Shown piece after piece: positions 56,167-64,000 of a stretch of DNA of 64,000 nt. The stretch lies in NCBI RefSeq assembly GCF_009914755.1, contig NC_060936.1; one strand, written 5' to 3'. Position numbers and translations under genes: made by a program. The notes under the pieces were generated by a model, which did not search any database, was not told the DNA's origin, and worked only from the letters and a program-made list of their open reading frames with translations. Position 1 is the stretch's first letter. The number at the start of each line of letters is the position of its first letter. Source of the DNA: the human T2T-CHM13v2.0 reference genome, Homo sapiens.

Positions 56167-56291
56167 CACCCTGCAGTCTGCTGCTAGTGTTATAATTGCA
56201 ATGGCAGAGATTGTCTATAATAGAGATTGTATATAATATAATCACAATGTCGGCCGTTGTGATTACAACACTAGCAGCAGACCGCAGGGTG
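56167..56291. repeat. Inverted repeat, 48-nt arms with 7 mismatches and a 29-nt loop, inside an L2
   Basis: caccctgcagtctgctgctagtgtt... / ...aacactagcagcagaccgcagggtg. Confidence 0.9.
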
Positions 56292-57039
56292 CAATAATGT
56301 GAACCCTCTGCTTATAAACCTTTGTTGTCTTGCTGTTGTTTATAGGAAAGTGCCTAATGCCCTTAACTTGACCTTTCCCATCAGAGTTAGTGGCCCCTTC
56401 CCCCATGTACTCTGTTACTGTATTATGCTGATTTGTTGACATGGCATTCTCACACTTACCCAGTGAGTTTCATAAAGGCAGATACTATGTCTTAGTTATC
56501 TGTGTGCTTTCATCCTTTAATACAATTTTTTTGTACATGGTAGGTATTCATTAAATTCTTCAATTTTAAAATACTACATGGTAAACCAGATTATGTTCAC
56601 TCTACTCATATGATGTAATTCAATTCAGGGACTACTGAATACCTTTTATGTTTCAAAAACTTTCTTAGATTCATGATTTTATGGAATTAATAATTTTTTC
56701 ATCAGTTGTCTTTAGAGACTGAGGTTGATTTGTGTTTGTTTTCCTTTTAAAATAGTTTCTCTTCTCTTAGAAAGCAATAGTTCAATTCTTTTGATCTTAT
56801 TAAATGAAGCTCTTTAGACTTTTTACCATTTTTTTTTTCTGGAGTAGCAGAGTTTGAATATGCTGGTTATCTTTGAGCTTGTGTCTTTAGCTTGATTATT
56901 TCACCACAACATTTGGCCAATCATAGGATGGGGTAGCTGGGGTGATAGATTTCTAATTTTCTTCTTCTTAACATCTTTTTTCAGATAATGCAAAAAGATG
57001 TGTGCCAAGTTATATCAAAGCAACTGCAAGATTTACTGA

Positions 57040-57260
57040 CATAATGACAACAAATATCATTTAATTAGAGTTTCTAAGTATGCCAGGCACTATGCTGAAT
57101 CCTAGCTGGGTTATTTTATTTAATATTCATCACATTCACCTTGTGAATGACAGCATAAAGGATTAAAAAAAAGTTACATACCTGTTGTTATATAATTAGC
57201 AAGCAGCAACACATAAAAGATTTAAACTCAACTCTGATTCTTGAGCCCAGATTTTTCCAC
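57040..57260 (-). mobile_element. MIR
   Basis: tatgccaggcactatgct...atttaaactcaactctgattc. Confidence 0.55.
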
Positions 57261-57584
57261 TACTTCCAGTATTTCCTATACTTGAATAATGTGCAAACTT
57301 CTTGAAAAAAAATCCTAAGGATTCTCTCTCATTGGAGGATCTCTCCAAAAATCCAAGTATGAGAAATACTGATTTAAGAAATTAAAGTTTTAACCTATGG
57401 AAATGCCTTTCAATATGAATATTGCTACACAAGAGAAGTTTTAGATTTTTAATGCGGTAAGCTGACTTGTTAAAAGATTCCCTCGATATAAAAACACAAA
57501 CTATACAAATCTCACCTCTTCATGAATTTGTCTGCAGAGTTGGGTTTATAGGCAGTGACAGAACCCAGGGACTATCTCTACCCC

Positions 57585-58019
57585 TGTAGTAGACACTATG
57601 GAGCATAGTCCAGATCCTGCTTTCAGAACAAAGACCCTTATTCCCCTGAGAACCAGAAGTGTCCAGTGCTGAGAGTTCACAACTGATTCCTTCCCCAAGA
57701 AATTCTTTTGGCTGAGCAAGTTTATAACCCATTCTTGGAGGCAGCATATTTCCTATGACTAGTTATTTAGGGTAGGGTGTGTGGAGGGACAAAGGCCGAG
57801 CTCCTTGCTTCAATTCAGCTCAGGTCTGAGGGGATATTCAAGCTTCAGAGAACTGTGTGAGAAGGGCTGAGGCCTCTGTTACAACTGCCTTGGAGGTCAA
57901 CCTCTCCCTCTGCCCTGTCCTGCTTTCCTCACTCCTTTACAAGCATTATTGCTGAGAATACTTCATAATAAACCACCTGTTTGTGAATATCTGGCTCAGG
58001 AACAAGGAGACTCATGACA
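57585..58019 (+). mobile_element. ERVL solo LTR (LTR16-like)
   Basis: TGTAGTAGACAC start, AATAAA, ...GACA end. Confidence 0.55.
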
Positions 58020-59341
58020 ATCTCTAAAGCCACCTCAAGGAAACACTAAATAAAAACAGAACGATTTCTATGTGTATGCAGCTTAAGACAAGACTACAAA
58101 GGCTACCTTTCAAGCAGACCGTTGCCTCCTCAGCTCCTCCTTCAGATATTTTGGAGAAAAAACACAAGAACTTTTGACTCTAACACACTGCAAGTATAGA
58201 CATTAAGTATCTGCAACAACTTCCTCATCCTTAGACACCATTATATAGAAGTCTCTAATCCCTCCCTAGAGCAGAGAGTCTATATAACACAAACTGGATT
58301 CATACAGTTTAGACAAAATCAACCACCCCACGAAACAAAACAAAATAAAAAACCAAACCATAATAGCAGTTTTGATTATCTTGTTTGGTTTTCTAATTGG
58401 CCAAGTAAATAGAAAAATTGACACTAAAACACTTCTCTTCGTATCATGTAGATTGTCTAAAATTAAAATGTAATATTTAGGCTAACACAGCTTAACTGAC
58501 ATTATGAGGATGGTAGAATCATTTAAACCCATAGTGGGAGGTTCTTCGTGGGTTTATGTGGGACTACTGGCCAATCCTTTTATCCTTTAGTAATCTTAAG
58601 CAGGAACAATTTGTATTGAGTTCCAGTAATTGGAGGTGTGCCTGAGTTGCTGAGGAGTAAGAATGCAAGAAATGCACAGAGAAATGCACAGTGACACACA
58701 CTTATAATTTGTACTTTATTTCAGAACATGATGTTGTAAACACGAGAAAGAGATGAGTGCAAAATCATCATATGGCCAATATAAATAATTCAAGCACCAA
58801 ATCCATCTGAGGCTCAAACTGTCTCATTTGAATCATTTTTGATTAAGAAAAATACCACAAAAAATGAACAATTGCCAAATCCATCCTTTTCAAAACTTTG
58901 AGTTGTTTAACTAACTAAAAAGAAAAAAAAGTACTTGAGATCACAGTTAGAATTAATATACATATATACCTCTACCTTCTGAACTTAGTTCTAGGATAAA
59001 ATTCCAATGTATAAGCAAAAAAAGAAATAAATACACTGTCACATCAAGATCAAAATAATTTTAAGTGTCCCTGTGTTTCCTTTATGCAACCATTATGACA
59101 TACTGGAATAATCAATGAAAGACAAAAATAATTGTTCTTTTTCATTTAACTGTGCTATGGCAAAAAGAAAATGAGACTAGCAGTCAGGGAAGAAGTTAGG
59201 AATAAGATGCAATACAAGATACTTTGTATCATTAATTATTAGTATTATTATAGAAATGAAGAGGAAAACTCTTATCTGGTTAAGTTGTGGCAGCTGAGAA
59301 AAAATCCAGATGTAAATTCAGAAGATAATTTCTTTTCATAG

Positions 59342-59377
59342 TCTTTACTGACTATGTTTATAGAAGTAAATGTCAAG
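59342..59377 (+). pseudogene. Candidate 36-nt micro-exon (V)FTDYVYRSKCQ (module copy 2, exon b)
   Basis: aatttcttttcatag| ... AAG|gtaagc; first six codons synonymous with the exon at 43091. Confidence 0.6.
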
Positions 59378-59708
59378 GTAAGCTTGGCAAGAAGCAAAAG
59401 AAATGAGGCACATTTCTCTAGTGTCATTCCCCAGATGCTGTCTTTTACCTTTCTGAGTATGCACGAGTCTGACACTGGGTTTCTGCTTCTTTATGGAAAC
59501 AGTATGCAAACACTCAAATAACAGCAGGATAGTCATTTTTCATATATGCTTTGTTTTCATTTCTATGACTTGGAAAGACCAAGTTTCCAAATGCAGAAAT
59601 CTATGCAGTTGCTCTGCAAGTTGAGTCCTTGCTTGCACTCTGGATTTTATTTTTATTTTTTTATTTTTATTTTTTATTTTTTCTCCCTCTTGCTCACTTT
59701 CCCTGGAG

Positions 59709-59732
59709 TCCAGAGCCTGAACCAGGCTCCAG
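59709..59732 (+). pseudogene. Candidate 24-nt micro-exon (V)QSLNQAP
   Basis: Long pyrimidine tract, atypical GAG acceptor (alternative CAG at 59713), very strong donor CAG|gtaaga. Confidence 0.45.
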
Positions 59733-59788
59733 GTAAGAGGACAGAGTGAATGCCTTTTGTTTCATTAACATTTTCCTTCACCTGGTGA

Positions 59789-64000
<4,212 letters not shown>

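Overview
Repeat-rich primate (human-like) genomic DNA with no intact multi-exon CDS. Over half is transposable elements: four young minus-strand L1PA copies (one full-length L1PA3-like element nested inside an L1PA7/8-like element), older L1PB/L1M, about 10 Alus, MIR/L2, an ERVL pol remnant, solo LTRs and MER82. There is an intact-ORF RPL26 processed pseudogene (39659-40096, -) and a TATA/Inr promoter with a 69-nt non-coding first exon (36300-36368, +). From unverified memory this layout matches the distal 5' end of human OTOGL (12q21.31). Most notable: a chain of + strand micro-exons, invisible to the ORF track, runs from about 1.7 to 59.7 kb. It starts with a signal-peptide-like exon and continues with phase-1 exons, mostly 18-48 nt. 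It includes a duplicated two-exon module (SFC[G/S]|VFTDYV) with synonymous-biased differences and carries several disabling lesions. This looks like a decayed gene for a secreted protein, or a lost N-terminal extension of the downstream gene. Two pairs of L1s share private frameshifts (likely gene conversion), and one L1 carries a probable 3' transduction.
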